Assembly (NCBI GenBank): GCA_050575255.1
Contig: JBNZDD010013610.1
Location: forward strand, 1,906,366-1,970,365
Length of the DNA stretch: 64,000 nucleotides
Source: Harriotta raleighana
Taxonomy: Eukaryota
Reading direction: 5' to 3'
Part shown: positions 1 through 12,219 of the stretch, piece by piece
How the letters are laid out: each line of letters opens with the position of its first letter
Position numbering within the stretch: position 1 is the first letter of the stretch
The notes under the pieces: generated by a model
Seen by the model: the letters and a program-made list of their open reading frames with translations, nothing else
The model's database searches: none
Told to the model about the DNA's origin: nothing
Program-made: the position numbers and the translations under genes

Positions 1-59
1 AGCCTTTTTAGACTTGTGTAACTTTAAGCAACTTACAGAACTACTGTAAGTGGTAGATA

Positions 60-385
60 TGTATCAAATCATGTTTAAATCTGTGTTCTCTCATTTCACT
101 CTTGCAGTGTAAGTGAAATCTCCTACTGTACTTATTTTTACGTCATTCCTGCCTCTCAGCATGTTAGAGACCTGGATCATCCCCAAGTTCCGGTCTATGA
201 ACCTTTCCTCATAAACAGAGCTCATCCTTATTCTCTGAACCCTCTCCAACGCTTCAATGTCCTTTTGATGTAGGATGCCCAATGTGGCCTCATCAGTGAC
301 CTATGCAGGGTCAAAATAACTTCTTTTAACTTCTCGTCAATGCCCTAAGATGTAAGCTAGGATTTGATTAACTTTGCTAGATGTA
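60..385 (-). mobile_element. CR1-clade LINE ORF2 C-terminal fragment (decayed)
   Basis: ORF 91..282(-) reads KDIEALERVQRIRMSSVYEER...LRG, matching the CR1 ORF2 motif KDI.ALE.VQRR...YEERL; frameshifts are present. Confidence 0.85.
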
Positions 386-399
386 ATCATGCAAATCAA

Positions 400-2550
400 A
401 CAGTTAACAGGAAATGAAAGAATTAGACTTTGTTAATGGCTCAAGAACAATAATAGAAGCAAAATGGTGTGCAAAAACCCACTGTTGCAGAAAGCCATGT
501 TCTCTAGGGGGCAAGAACATGATATTTGAGTTAAAGAATCACATGAAGGAAATCAAGAATTGGGGATTCAAAACCTAAAAGCCTAAACCAAATAGCTGGT
601 TACAAAACTACCTGGAAAAATAAAGAAAATTCCTCCCATTGAAGTGCAAAAGTGTTTTTTTTAAGTCACTTAGAATAGGGCTTTGACCTACAATTTTGTC
701 ACTGCCAAAAAAAACACAGCAGATGACAATTTCCCGATTCAAATAAGGCTTTCCCTCATTGTGTCCATATACAAATACATTGATTCTTTGTTGGTATAAT
801 ATCCTATAATAATAGATTGCAGTGACTTTGTGTCCTTCAACTGTCGACCGCTAATTTACACATGGTAATAATCCAGAAACCACTATGAAGATGATGAACA
901 ATTTTATTTTGGTGGATTGTTGGCCAGGATTTCCATGGTTCCAAAGAGTAAAGAATTTCAATGGTTTACTAAAAGAGTAAACAAGATGTATGCATTGATG
1001 GGCCTGATAGATGTTTCTTGCATGACAATAGCCAGAGGCAACTATGACAAGGATGCATGTCTCATGAGTTGATCGAGACAGGTACAGAAAGCAGAAAGAG
1101 CTGGAGAACTTGTGCAGCAGCAGCAATGGAGAGGAAATTCCACTGACCATCCTAATGAATGCTTTAATAGAACCATAGATACTTACAGCATAGAAAGAGG
1201 TCAACTCCATGAGTCCCTGCCATCAAGAAAATTCTGGACAACCCTTACTCTGTTTAGTTGGTCCCTAACGTGACATTGAAGAGAAATTCCAGGCTTTGGC
1301 TTTCCAGGAAACCAAATATATTGCTGGGATCAAAATAGAGCCCAACTTGTGCAATTGATACGGAGATTTCATTGCTGTTCAGTTNTGTTTGAGACATTGA
1401 CCTCTTGCTGTTCATAGCGAACAAGTGCAATAGTGTCAGCTGAAGATGCTTCCAATGTCCATGTGCATCAACCAGCTGGGGAAAAATAGTGCAAGCAAAT
1501 GATATTTTTTCCTGCGATTGTTGACAGCCAGGTACCTTGTCCTCCCCCTTCCTCAGCTAATGTGCAATGCACCTGGCTAGGAGGCTTTTAGGCTTCAACC
1601 AACATTTTATTTGAGATCCTGTTCATGTCAGGACTATTTAAAATGTCTGTTCGACAATGCATTTACCATAATTATTTCAACATGATAGCAATTACGAAAT
1701 ACACAGTGAAGCAATTTCTTGCTTTATCATTTCTCTACTTCTTATACAAAATGGTTGCAATTACTTACAAAAAAAGGCCAGCTCTGGAAAACTTCCCTTG
1801 ATGTTAAAAGAGGATTGTTGCCATATTGGAGGAGATTTTTTTTGAATGGGCTAGGACCCTGGAAAGGCCATGAATTGAGTTGACTCTTTTGAAAAAGCTT
1901 CTCAAACTCTTAACATGTCAGACCCTGGCAAAGATCTGCATTACAGCAGATGCCAATATCGCAACAGTGCAAAATTGTAACTTTCATGACTAGCTATTAA
2001 CAATGTTTAAATTAATATAAATGTTTGGCATTTTTGAGTCACAGAATCGCAGCAAAACGCTTTTTTTTCCTGTAGTGTTTCAAACAATATACTGGATAAT
2101 TGGGTCCCTTTAACAGTACAGGGCTCCTTTTTTCAAAAAAAAAGTGCTTTCTTCTGAAGTATGTCCCAAGAAAGCTTTAATTGTAAAAAAACAAATGAGC
2201 TTCCCATTCCACTGACTCACTGAGCTACATCAATGTAAATTTTGTTGTATTTGTTTACCAATGAACTGCCCATCAATCATGCGGGTGTGTCTGGTACCAT
2301 TGGCTGCTGTCAGACTGGAGTCTGTGGTACTTGTTATGCCCACATGGTTCACCACTAATCAAATGTGGTTCCTAATTATACTGGAACCCTTTGAAGATCA
2401 GCTCGTGATAAGCGCACTTTCTTCTGAACTCGTTTACTACTACAAATGCCATTTGGCGGCATTCCCATTGTAAAGTAGTGGTCCTGGGAAGACACCAGCC
2501 ACATGGCAACATGGTTGGAGCTGTGTAAAGTGGGTGTGAGCTGCGCTGAT
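400..2550 (+). pseudogene. Decayed retroviral/LTR-retroelement pol (RT C-terminus, RNase H, integrase)
   Basis: Degenerate motifs occur in the expected order across frames: QKAMF/LG (~488), PTILSLP (687), VCIDG (988), QKAE (1085), IDTYSIERGQLHESLP (1175), AIVDS (1514), FDNAFT (1650), EWARTL (~1844), EPFE...VY (~2384), KWV* (2528). Many stops and frameshifts. Confidence 0.45.
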
Positions 2551-2981
2551 TGACATCACCATTAATGGACAAGTAAATGAGTCAAAACAGGCAAATCTTG
2601 AGCACAGTTTTACCAAGTTGATCAATCGCCCTTCTTTTTGGGGGGATTTGATCAGTTGAAATAATTTCTCCGGGCTTTTGATTTCTATTGATTTCCATCA
2701 GCAACTCGTGAAACCGAAAATGATCCTTCTTCCAATAGTTTTCATGTGGATTTCATACGGTGAGAAACATTTACCAACAATGACTGGGCCACATGGGCTG
2801 ACTTAGGTCCAAGACACAAAGACAAACTTGATTAAAGAAATAATATTTCAAACACCCTTTTAAAACGAATAGGATCAAGCTGAGTCATCTTTAGGAATTC
2901 AAACAGGAAAGCACTGCACTTCTGTTACTTTCTCAGAGATGTATCAATATCAGCCCAAACGACTGAAGAACAAGGATAGCA

Positions 2982-3070
2982 CAATCAATCAATCAATAAT
3001 TACATTTATATAGTGCCTTTCACGTCGGGAGGACGTCCCAAGGCGCTGAACAGTCAAGTAGGGATCAGAG
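2982..3070 (-). mobile_element. L2-clade LINE 3' tail
   Basis: The reverse complement reads CTGTTCAGCGCCTTGGGACGTCCTCCCGACGTGAAAGGCACTATATAAATGTAA followed by (TTGA)n. The same tail occurs at 8612, 13687 and 26800. Confidence 0.8.
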
Positions 3071-3491
3071 CATTTAATTAAAATTAAATTTACATTTAAG
3101 TGTAGGTTTTATTTTATACCATCAAACAACAATTGTAGTCTTGTAGATATTGCAGTATAACCCCAGTGGAATCAATGAACCTGGCGTGAGCAAATGTACC
3201 TTGTTCCAAAGCACAATGTGAGAACCTATTCTCCACTGCAGTCACAGCCCCAAAGATTCCGTGCTGCACAGTTACATGACTCTGTCAGCATTTTGATGAC
3301 TAATCCCAATGGATTAGAACCTTAGATTCTTACAACTCCTCTCACAGGAGATGCTTGACTATTCTTTAGAAAGAACTTCATTAGTTTGTCAGACATGGCA
3401 TTGTTCCAAGTCAGGAACCTTAGATCTTGGAAAATAAAAACATACCCGTTCCCAATCACAAGATGTTAAAACTGCATATAGTATGTGGCTA

Positions 3492-3783
3492 CAGTAAAAC
3501 CTTATTTATCCGGCACCCACGGGACCTGGCCAGTGGCGGTTAAACAGTTTTTCCGATTGAACAGATTTTTTTAAAAACATTTTTTTAATTTTAGTTTAGA
3601 CACACTTAGTGGCCAACCGTGAGTACTGCATTCGCGAGTACTGCACTCGCTTGCAACAGTCCATTCATTAAACGCGGTCACTATTGCCAGATAACTTACG
3701 GTGAATCGAATCGGGACTTTTTTGAGGTGGCGGTTGAACGGGTTTTCCAGTTAATCGAGTCACGGATAAACAAGGTTTTACTG
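3492..3783. mobile_element. MITE, Tc1/mariner superfamily (pogo/Tigger-like)
   Basis: 21-bp TIRs: CAGTAAAACCTTATTTATCCG and CGGATAAACAAGGTTTTACTG (20/21 match). TA lies on the left flank, AA on the right. No transposase ORF; CpG-rich interior. Confidence 0.9.
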
Positions 3784-3869
3784 AAAAATACACTATTTAA
3801 AGAAAACTACACCATGTGCTCAAGTGAAAGTTGTTCTCCCATGTCTATTACCCAGTAATTGTTAAAGAA

Positions 3870-3981
3870 GCCCACAAGTATACAGCCAATTCACTTCACA
3901 GTATATTCCTTGAAGCGCTTTGAGAAGTTTAGGTGACGTGAAAAGTGCTATATCAAATGCAAGGATTAATATTATTATTAA
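3870..3981 (+). mobile_element. 5'-truncated SINE (3' module)
   Basis: CCCACAAGTATACAGCCAATTCACTT...GCGCTTTGAGA...GACGTGAAAAGTGCTATATCAAATGCAAGGAT(TA)TTATT matches the 3' end of the full copies. Confidence 0.9.
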
Positions 3982-4229
3982 TAAAAGTAAAATGCATATG
4001 AAAGAGCTGCTTCCAGATACATTTTTCTTTTGTTTGCATCTTACAAATAAGCTAGCTAATGAACACCTTCTGATATAACTATGTCTGCTTTTAATTTGCT
4101 TTTTGAGGTTGTTTCAATCAGTTTCCTGAGTGCAGTGACCTGACCTATGATGGATTTTAGTGATTCTGGTGGGAATGCAGAGCTGTATGTTTAATTGACG
4201 TGCCAGTCAGGTTAGATGATAGAAAGCTA

Positions 4230-4572
4230 TGTAAAAAATTTTCACTGACTGATTTTGTAGGTATACACTTATGTCACGTCCAACAAAGAGCCATCATGTA
4301 AATAGATGATTAATTTAGAGTACTGTTGGGTATGATAGTGGAACTAACTCACTTTCCTTTTCATATGGTATTGTTGGATCCCTAGTATCTACCTCCATAG
4401 ACAGACATGTACTTTGGTTCAGATTTTGTATCAGGAGGGCAGTACCCCTTCTTACCCTGCCACCTCCCCCCACCACCCCCACCTCCACAATCACAGCCAT
4501 AGTACATGGGGCTTGAAGCCACAATCTTCCAATCCAGAGGCGAGAGTGCTACCAACTGAGCCAGACTGGCAC
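4230..4572 (-). mobile_element. Old DeuSINE-type SINE (tRNA head plus decayed Deu domain)
   Basis: The reverse complement of 4507-4570 is GGCTCAGTTGGTAGCACTCTCGCCTCTGG...GGCTTCAAGCCCC (A/B boxes). Diverged Deu-like sequence lies at 4350-4440. Confidence 0.7.
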
Positions 4573-6239
4573 ACAAAGAAGAACATTTAATTGCTTGCCA
4601 AAATTTACTGCCATGGAAAGTGATTGAAGAGCAGAACTATATTTATACGTTTGTTTCCCGTTTGAGAGGTGGACAGGTTGAGACCCTTTATAAAAGCAGC
4701 ATGTACAATAGTATAATGACCGCCAAGATAGTTCTGTTAAAATACAAAGCTATTTATTGGATTTTAATTACCCAAGGCCGTTCATAGGTTGAGAGCCCAG
4801 GTGAATGACCTGCTCTATTGCCCCCGCAACTAACGTTGAAAGATTCATGAGTACAGATTCTCCCTGACCTTTGGGGTGGTGGCCACTTGGTTTTTAGAGT
4901 ATCTCACATTCAGAATATTTAGAAAAGTAATAGAAATAATCCTTGCATTTGATATCATGCCATATCGCTTCATTGAGATGTCCAAAACTGCTTCTCAGAA
5001 TATATTGGAAAAGTGGATTGACTGTCTATTCTGTTTAAATGGAAATGGGATCTTCTCTGCAGTTTTGCCATAGACCTTTGTTCATAAGCATATCTGGCTG
5101 AAGGCAGGGAAACTGGTTAAATATGTTTTTCTGATGTAAATATCTGCCTGCAAAGCTCACTACATTTGCACTCTCTGTACAATTGCTGTGTGACCATTTC
5201 TGGTGCTGGGAGGTAGTATTGATATTTGACCCTTCAGTAGCAATTACTGTGTTTTAAACATGGTGAAATAATTGTTATGTGAGCGTAGCTATAAGCACTT
5301 CTCCTTTGGACTCACCTTTCTCGTTGTGCGCCCCTTGTAAAATCATCTCTTTTGTTCAGACAGAATCCATAAACATAAATTCCACAGAAAACTAAATCCT
5401 TTCACAATTTTTCAAGGAATTATTATTTTAAATAGGCCTGCAGTTAGCAAAACTGAGGTTGTGGGGTACAGATCTATATATATATATATACAAGGATTTA
5501 AAAAAATAAAAACAGACTTTTTTGGCACCTTCCAATTAGGCATCTCATTTAGAAAATAACAATCTGTTCTGTTGAAATTGAAGGACGATATATCATTTTA
5601 TTCTCATCTGATATAAATCGTCCATTAACACATTCCAAGTCTTTATTATAAGACTGTGAGTTCTTAATAAATGATTAATGGCGTGAACTACACAACAAAA
5701 GAGTTCTAAGTAACTCTAAATCACTTGTATTGCAGTTTTGCTGTAAACAGGAATTTTGTGTCCTAAAAACCATTTATAGAAATTAATGGTAAAGCAACTG
5801 TACCTAGATCAATGAAGACAGAAATTAATGTGTAGCTGAGTTTGGTGTAACTTGCCTGAAGTATCTTGTATTTACTGAATTTTAGTTCAGTATGTCATGG
5901 AAATTTCCCATGAAAAATGACATATACCCAAGTGCAGATTACAGTTAATATAGCTCTCTTGCAATACACTGTTCATTTATAACCCTGTATTGATGTGAAC
6001 ATCCAGCACTGTAGCTACCATTGCTGCCAATTGAGATAAGTCTCACAGCTGGAAGTTGCACTAATCAATGTAGACTGTTCCTTTACTTGTACACAGATGA
6101 TTTTACATCGTTGTCCTTGCTAATTTTTAAAGTCAGGTTACAATTCTGCACGTTACACTGTTGATTGAAAACAAACGTCACTTTTCTCCGGTCTCAATGA
6201 ATCACTCTAGCAACATTAATGGAAACAAGAAAAGAACAT

Positions 6240-8100
6240 TTCTTCCATTGTGCTCAAACTAATTGAAAACAATTTTTAAAGATCAGGCTCCAGATTAAAT
6301 TGCTCTGATGAAATCACTGTTGATCCCATGCATCAAGGTATATCTTCCAATATCCTGTTGACTTAAATGTGAAGATCTCTTCAATGGTGTGTCAATTATT
6401 ACATGAGAACTGGCTTCCCTATTATCAGCATGGTCATATGCATGTCTGAGCAATCTAATTTACAGCGTTACATTACATTAGTCGGTATTGAATGACAATC
6501 GTCCAGAATCTAAGTCTTTCATTATATTCTAATTCTTAGTACATTTGCTATACCATATAATTTAGTGTGAACATCCAATTCAAACTTCTTCTTACAATGG
6601 TTTGCAAAACTTCTACCTCATAGACTTCTAATGCAATTGATTACTAGGATGTTAGAGGATGTTCTGGTGAAGTATTTACAGAAATGCTTTCATTGGCTTC
6701 CCAATTTATCTATGCTGTTTGTAGAATGGAAAGTGAGGTGGTCCCAATTGTAGAACCTCCATTGTGTCATTAATAACATGTTATTCATCAGACTGCCAGA
6801 AGGTATCTTGAAATCTGCAAACACACCTCCACTCCAGCCACGCAAACACATCTCCAATCCAGACTGGCTTTCCTCAGGTAAGTCAGTCGAGATTCACAAA
6901 CTCTTTCATGTATCTGTGACTGTGATCTGAAATCAAACATGCAATGCTTGGGCATTCCAGCTACTTGGCTGCTTCTTATATAAATATTCTAACTTTTAAT
7001 AGTTTTGGTTCACAAAATCTTTGAGTGATTAATAAGTGGAATGTGGAAAGCATGAGAAAATTAAAAATCTCCGTTCTCGCTGAGAAAATATTAACTCTGA
7101 AAAGACGCCCAGGTGTAGTTCCAAGGATACCCTCAAGAGCACTAAATAAAACAAACATTTAGTTTTAAAAAAACACACAATCTTTCATCCTGTCCTTTGT
7201 CCTGTAGGTATTCCTAACACGGAATTTGTTTCTCCTGTTCAAACTCAGATCATGAATCCTCAAGTGCTAGTCATATTGACCAGTGTATCTGTGCAGATTT
7301 GTGTTCTTTGCAAGCTTCCATGATTTTCAGTGGAACAGTGGATCAATTAGTCTTTGCAAAATTATGTCAGGGGTCGTACAACACCAACAACAACAACAAC
7401 TTCGATTTATATAGCGCCCTCCACGCTGGACAGCGTCTCAGAGCGCTTAAAGCGTTGTACATAATTTACTGCAATGTTAGCAAACAAACAATAATTGTAG
7501 GTTCCATGGAAAATGTTATTGGTAGTTGCCATTGGTAATAGAATACCAATGTGTCTCCAAAATACATAAATCTTTCAAATAGTTGCTCATCATTAATCCG
7601 GAAATTAAATGAGTAGATCAGTGGTGCACCTAAATAAATTGTTGGTTTATTGATGGCTGCATCCAAAGACTTCAAGTCTTACCGACAAATTTTGGATGTG
7701 TACTAAGAATTCTAAATCAGACTGTCACGATTTGAGACCTTTACAGGTGCAGTCATGGTGTACATTAATGACATCATTGTAATATAAGGCTCCTTAAAAA
7801 AAGATTAGAGCCAAAGTTTCAAAATGTTTCCAAGTTGTATTATTTGAGAGCAAAATGAGTTAATGCTTGGACTTTGACAGCACAAAAGGTATTATTTCCA
7901 GGATATTTTCCTTGGTGCAAAATTCTGGAAAAAAACAATCTAATTTGACACACTAATGATACAACTCGTGCAGTTTAAGGCCAAATGTTGAACATATGCC
8001 CAAAAGAATGCCAGTAATAGCAGAAGAAAGACTAAGGAAGCCATTTTCTGAGACTAAAATTAACCTTCGCTTAGAAGAGGTTAACAAAAACAATTAGTTC
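6240..8100 (+). pseudogene. Decayed retroviral-like protease and reverse transcriptase (pol fossil)
   Basis: Motifs in order: KQFL/D/SGSRLNC (~6268-6303, needs frameshifts), EFVSPV (7222), ICADLCSL (7287), YINLSN (7563), LPTNF (7679), VYINDIIV (7758-7781, YxDD-like), QKVLFPGY (7883), MPVIAEE..RKPF (~8008). Confidence 0.6.
7378..7440 (-). mobile_element. L2/SINE-type 3' tail inserted into the RT fossil
   Basis: (ACA)n followed by TTCGATTTATATAGCGCCCTCCACGCTGGACAGCGTCTCAGAGCGCTT. Confidence 0.75.
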
Positions 8101-8611
8101 AAGCTCTTTAGTCTGGGAAAGAAAAATCATCTCCAGGTGAGAAAATTATATTCATAATAAGGTCAATTTTCAAATTTTCATCAGGTGAAGATTCTCATCA
8201 ATGCATAGAAAAGCACAGAGGTACACTTCACAATCTATTATTAAAACTCAAATGAAATAAACATCTTCAAGGAGGAATTAAACAATGTTTCAGAAAATCT
8301 GAATTGCATGCAAACTGCTGGAGGAAGGAGAAGTGAGATTGGAAGATATGTTTCTATTCTTCTTAAGAAAAGCAAACTATTTCAATCACAAGAGGTCTTG
8401 TTAAAAATGTGAATTATTTAGCCTTAATCTTACCAATAAAGGTTGCGCAAGAGAAACTGAAGTTGGCACAGTACAATGCAATAATGCTTTTAAATGTAGC
8501 TTGGAAAGTCGAAACATTAGGGAATATGACAAGAAGGTAGAGGCTTGGGATTTAGAAGATAGCAAATAAATCTCCTGTGGCAGAGGAGGGTTGTTGGCCC
8601 AGCTGGTCAAT

Positions 8612-8690
8612 CCCTGTTCAGCACCTTGGGACGTCCTCCTGACGTGAAAAGCGCTATACAAGTGTAATTTTGATATTATTTTTGTGGTTG
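8612..8690 (+). mobile_element. L2-clade LINE 3' tail
   Basis: CTGTTCAGCACCTTGGGACGTCCTCCTGACGTGAAAAGCGCTATACAAGTGTAATTTTG. Confidence 0.8.
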
Positions 8691-8767
8691 TATTCCTACT
8701 CAAACAATTTTAAACCTGGTGGAACGAGTGAAGTGGCTTTGGAAAATGTGTGTGTAACATGCACTGA

Positions 8768-9305
8768 TAATAATATTGGTGCCATTTGATGCAATGTCTT
8801 GTCACACAGCAATGTCTCAAAGCACTTTGCAGAGGTTTGTGTGAAGCGTCGTGATTGCGCATTTCTAGGCAACCACGGCAGCCAATTTACACACAGCAAC
8901 AGTCCATAATTAGGCCGAAAGTGAATGACTACATTTTTAATAAATCTTTGGAATTGTTCACCAGGATATGGATTGAAACTCTCTTGTCTTTTTGCCCACA
9001 AATATACAGTCAATTCACTTCATAGTATATTCTGTGAAGCATTTTGAGGCGTCGATAAGATGTGAAAAGCACTATATCAAATGCAAGTATTATTATTCTT
9101 ATTAGTGCCAGGGTTTCATTAACCTGCAACTGAATAAATACACTTATGGAACCTTAATGGTTTAATGCCTCACCTAAAGGACAACGCTGCATTCCTGCAT
9201 TGGAGTGCCAGCCTAGACTGTGAGTTCAAAGCCTCGATATAGAGCGTGTATATTGTGACTCAGAAGTGCTACCTACTGGAGTGCTACCTACTGAACCAGG
9301 ATGAC
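8768..9305 (-). mobile_element. Old full-span DeuSINE interrupted by a younger SINE
   Basis: Tail and 3' module at 8768-8900. The Deu core is split between ...CCAGGATATGG...CTCTCTTGTC and TAGTGCCAGGG...GGTTTAATGCCTCACCTAAAGGAC. A tRNA-like head (GACTCAGAAGTGCTACC...ACTGAACC) lies at 9256-9300. Confidence 0.7.
8993..9102 (+). mobile_element. 5'-truncated young SINE (nested)
   Basis: GCCCACAAATATACAGTCAATTCACTT...GAAAAGCACTATATCAAATGCAAGTATTATTATT. Confidence 0.9.
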
Positions 9306-12219
9306 ACCTGGACACAAATGGATGGGTCAGAGAAAGGATGAAGTTTTTGCAAAGAAAAATTTGTTGCCAATATTTTGTCTTCAGCACAGGAAAGACAGGG
9401 TCTAAATTCATCGCTGAAAATCCCCTTAATCTCTGTGACCACTTCATTTGTGACCTCCTTTGGATCAAGGAAAATTTATGAAGCAGTATCTTAAGTTTTT
9501 TTTCAGGCACCCTCTAGCCAGCAGGCCTCAACATCAAAATTAAAATTTTTAAAGCATGACTGTCGCCTCCAATTTTTTTCCATGTTCTACTCACTCTGTT
9601 TTTACTGAAATGTTCTACAATCTTCTTCTTTCACTGTTACCCCAGCTACATTTGTCTTTTTTTTACATTACCTGCCATCCTCAATTCACACATTGTTAAT
9701 GACCAACCAGAAGCACAGAAGGCAAAAACAGAAGCGGGTCTTGGAGGTGACAATAAAAATAGTTTCAGGTGCGATAGTATCAGAAAGAGTACCATTCACT
9801 GGAATCAAGTAGTCAGTCTTGAAGAGGCAGGAATAGCAAATCCTTCAGAGCAGAATAGGCAACACGACAATCATTGGTGACACAAGTAGCTGTGGTAGTA
9901 TCCTACATTGAAAGTGTTTTTAAGGTTATGGGACGTTCATGCAGTTCAGAATAGACATACAAGATACTTAGAAAATAATAATAACCCTTGACCAGTTACA
10001 CGCTCATTCTCCAATATTTTCTCTTTGCAAAAATCATTGCTTGTTTTTCTTCTCCCTCACTCACTCAGACACACACAATAAAATGCAACATGTAGTTACA
10101 TTGTACAGCGCCTTTCACATCAGGAGTTCATCCCAAATACAAGTACTGTATGTTGTTTGGTACAGTTTAGCTGCATTCATAAAATTATTTTAATCTTAAT
10201 TGTTAAAAAAGGACTGAAAACAATAAAGAAAACAGGGACATGTTCACCGCGTCGCCATTTACTATTTTGCCCAAATAGTCATGGAAAACAAACCAACATT
10301 AATCCTCATGAAAGAGTGTGGCAATCAAGGTTTCCATTACATGTCATTTAATTTAAGTCATAATTGCACATTTTTAACATCACAGAGCCACACCCAGGTT
10401 ACACTCAGTATGTAATCCATCCAAATATTGAATAGTTCCAGGAAGGTAAAACAGAGATTTGAAGGACAAATATAATTTGGGTTGTACGTTTAATGAGAGA
10501 ATGCATTTTATCATGTTTACAGTGCTGCAGACTGTATTACTATTGCCCCATTAAACCACTAACACAAACCAGCTGTGTTTTTAGAGTTTGTAAGTAAAGA
10601 GCTTTTCTAATCCTGACAACCTGTTTGTTTTGGCTGTTTTTACTTTGGGGGAAATTTCATTGAAATAGGATCTTAACTGCTGTACGTGTTCACACATTTA
10701 TCTGGGAAGAATTTTAATCAGATTTAAGTTTTGCCTGTGAAAAGTATGTACGATGCTGTCTTATATTCATATTACATCTGAGTAATGTGTGCCCAGGAAA
10801 ACAAAACCATACACTCTCATCTCTTCCCGGACAGTGTTCATCGGAGTCAGCCGAGCACCATGTAAAACAGGAATGGATTGGATGAGACAATAACACAATA
10901 CTTAGACAAGAAGGTATCCGATAGAATACGTTTTTCTAATCCAAAGTGTTTGGAAAAAACAACAAAAAGGCACCTTATCACATAGATATGTCTCAAAAGG
11001 TACTTTACTCCCTTAATGCATTCGATGGCATTATTTTTCAACAGCTTCCTTCTTTGCAGCTAGCTCCTAAGATGTGTAATTTTTCCTGTGTAATTGATGC
11101 CCGCTTTTGTCATGTTCATATCATGGAATTTGACCAGATCTATAATAATCAGGCAGTAAACAGCTCCAGTGGGCAACAGGGGAAAAAAAGTATGAGGATT
11201 AGAAAGGAACGTATAGATGATCCACCAGGCAGGGGGGAAAGTAATAGTGACAATGGAGGGATGAATAGAGGGCAAAGGTCCAAGCGAACTGATTGAGAGA
11301 AAGACAGGGTTCCCTGAAGTTCAACCTAGAAATGGCCTGGATGCCCATTTTGCCTCAAAATTAAACAAACTCCAGCACTGTAGAAAATTCTTCAATTGAA
11401 CTGTAATTTGGAAATTTTGAATTTGAGAATTTTCCACCAGTCTTACATTTTTAAGACCAAATGGCCTTGCAGGCTAAGACGAGCTGGAGCTTTAGGCCTT
11501 GGGAAGATAGTGTGTGGTAGAGGACTCATGGATTTACTTCACTTTGCAGTAAATCCCATGATTCGCTTTGGGGTGTCGTCCTTTAGGTGTCCTCTCCTCC
11601 AGTAAATGGTGCCATAGCAAATGCAAGGATTATTATTCAGAAATAGGATCTTGAGCAATATACATGCAGCCAGGATAAAGCACCAATATGTGGCTGTCAT
11701 CAAAAAGAAGCAACTGAAAGGGTCCTCCTATTCAATCCAAACATGCAGTTTGGTGAACAAAACAGATAGAATGAACCATACAAATGATTTTGTTTGTTTT
11801 AACTTGAGATCCATGATAGCAATGAATCTAAGAGCATCAGAGAATATTTAAGTGAGAGCAAGAGACCGTGAATCTTTGAAGGCAAAGCAGACGGACGGCG
11901 GGAGGGGAGATAGACAGCAGGAGACCAGCACTTGGCTTCAGGCTTTTAACTGCACCACTTAGAATTCAATGTGGAGCTTATAAACAAGTTTATATCAAAC
12001 GTTTGTGCTGGCAGAGGATTAGATAACAAGTTGGGCCCCTAGTAAAGGGTTAGACTGACGGATTAGTCTCAGAGGATCAGGACACGGATGAATCTGCAAT
12101 GGGGCTCCTCTCCACAGAGTTCATGGAGAAGGATAGTGGGGCATCAATCCTCATTCCACAAACAAGACACCTGGGCCATCAAAGCCAAGATTACTTATTC
12201 ACTGAAGATAGTTTATTTG

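Noticed and set aside
1385-1385. Single N
   Set aside because: An ambiguous base or contig join with no evident flanking duplication. It could still mark missing sequence within the pol fossil.
6817-6865. 25-bp tandem duplication GCAAACACAYCTCCAMTCCAG, and similar two-copy duplications near 9265, 47803, 57010 and 63741
   Set aside because: These are two-copy slippage duplications without spacers, not arrays.
7466-7675. Protein-like minus-strand ORF (KSLDAAINKPTIYLGAP...)
   Set aside because: It is antisense to the RT fossil on the + strand.
10946-11296. 116-aa ORF
   Set aside because: Non-ATG start, purine-rich low-complexity end and no recognisable homology; this length is compatible with chance.
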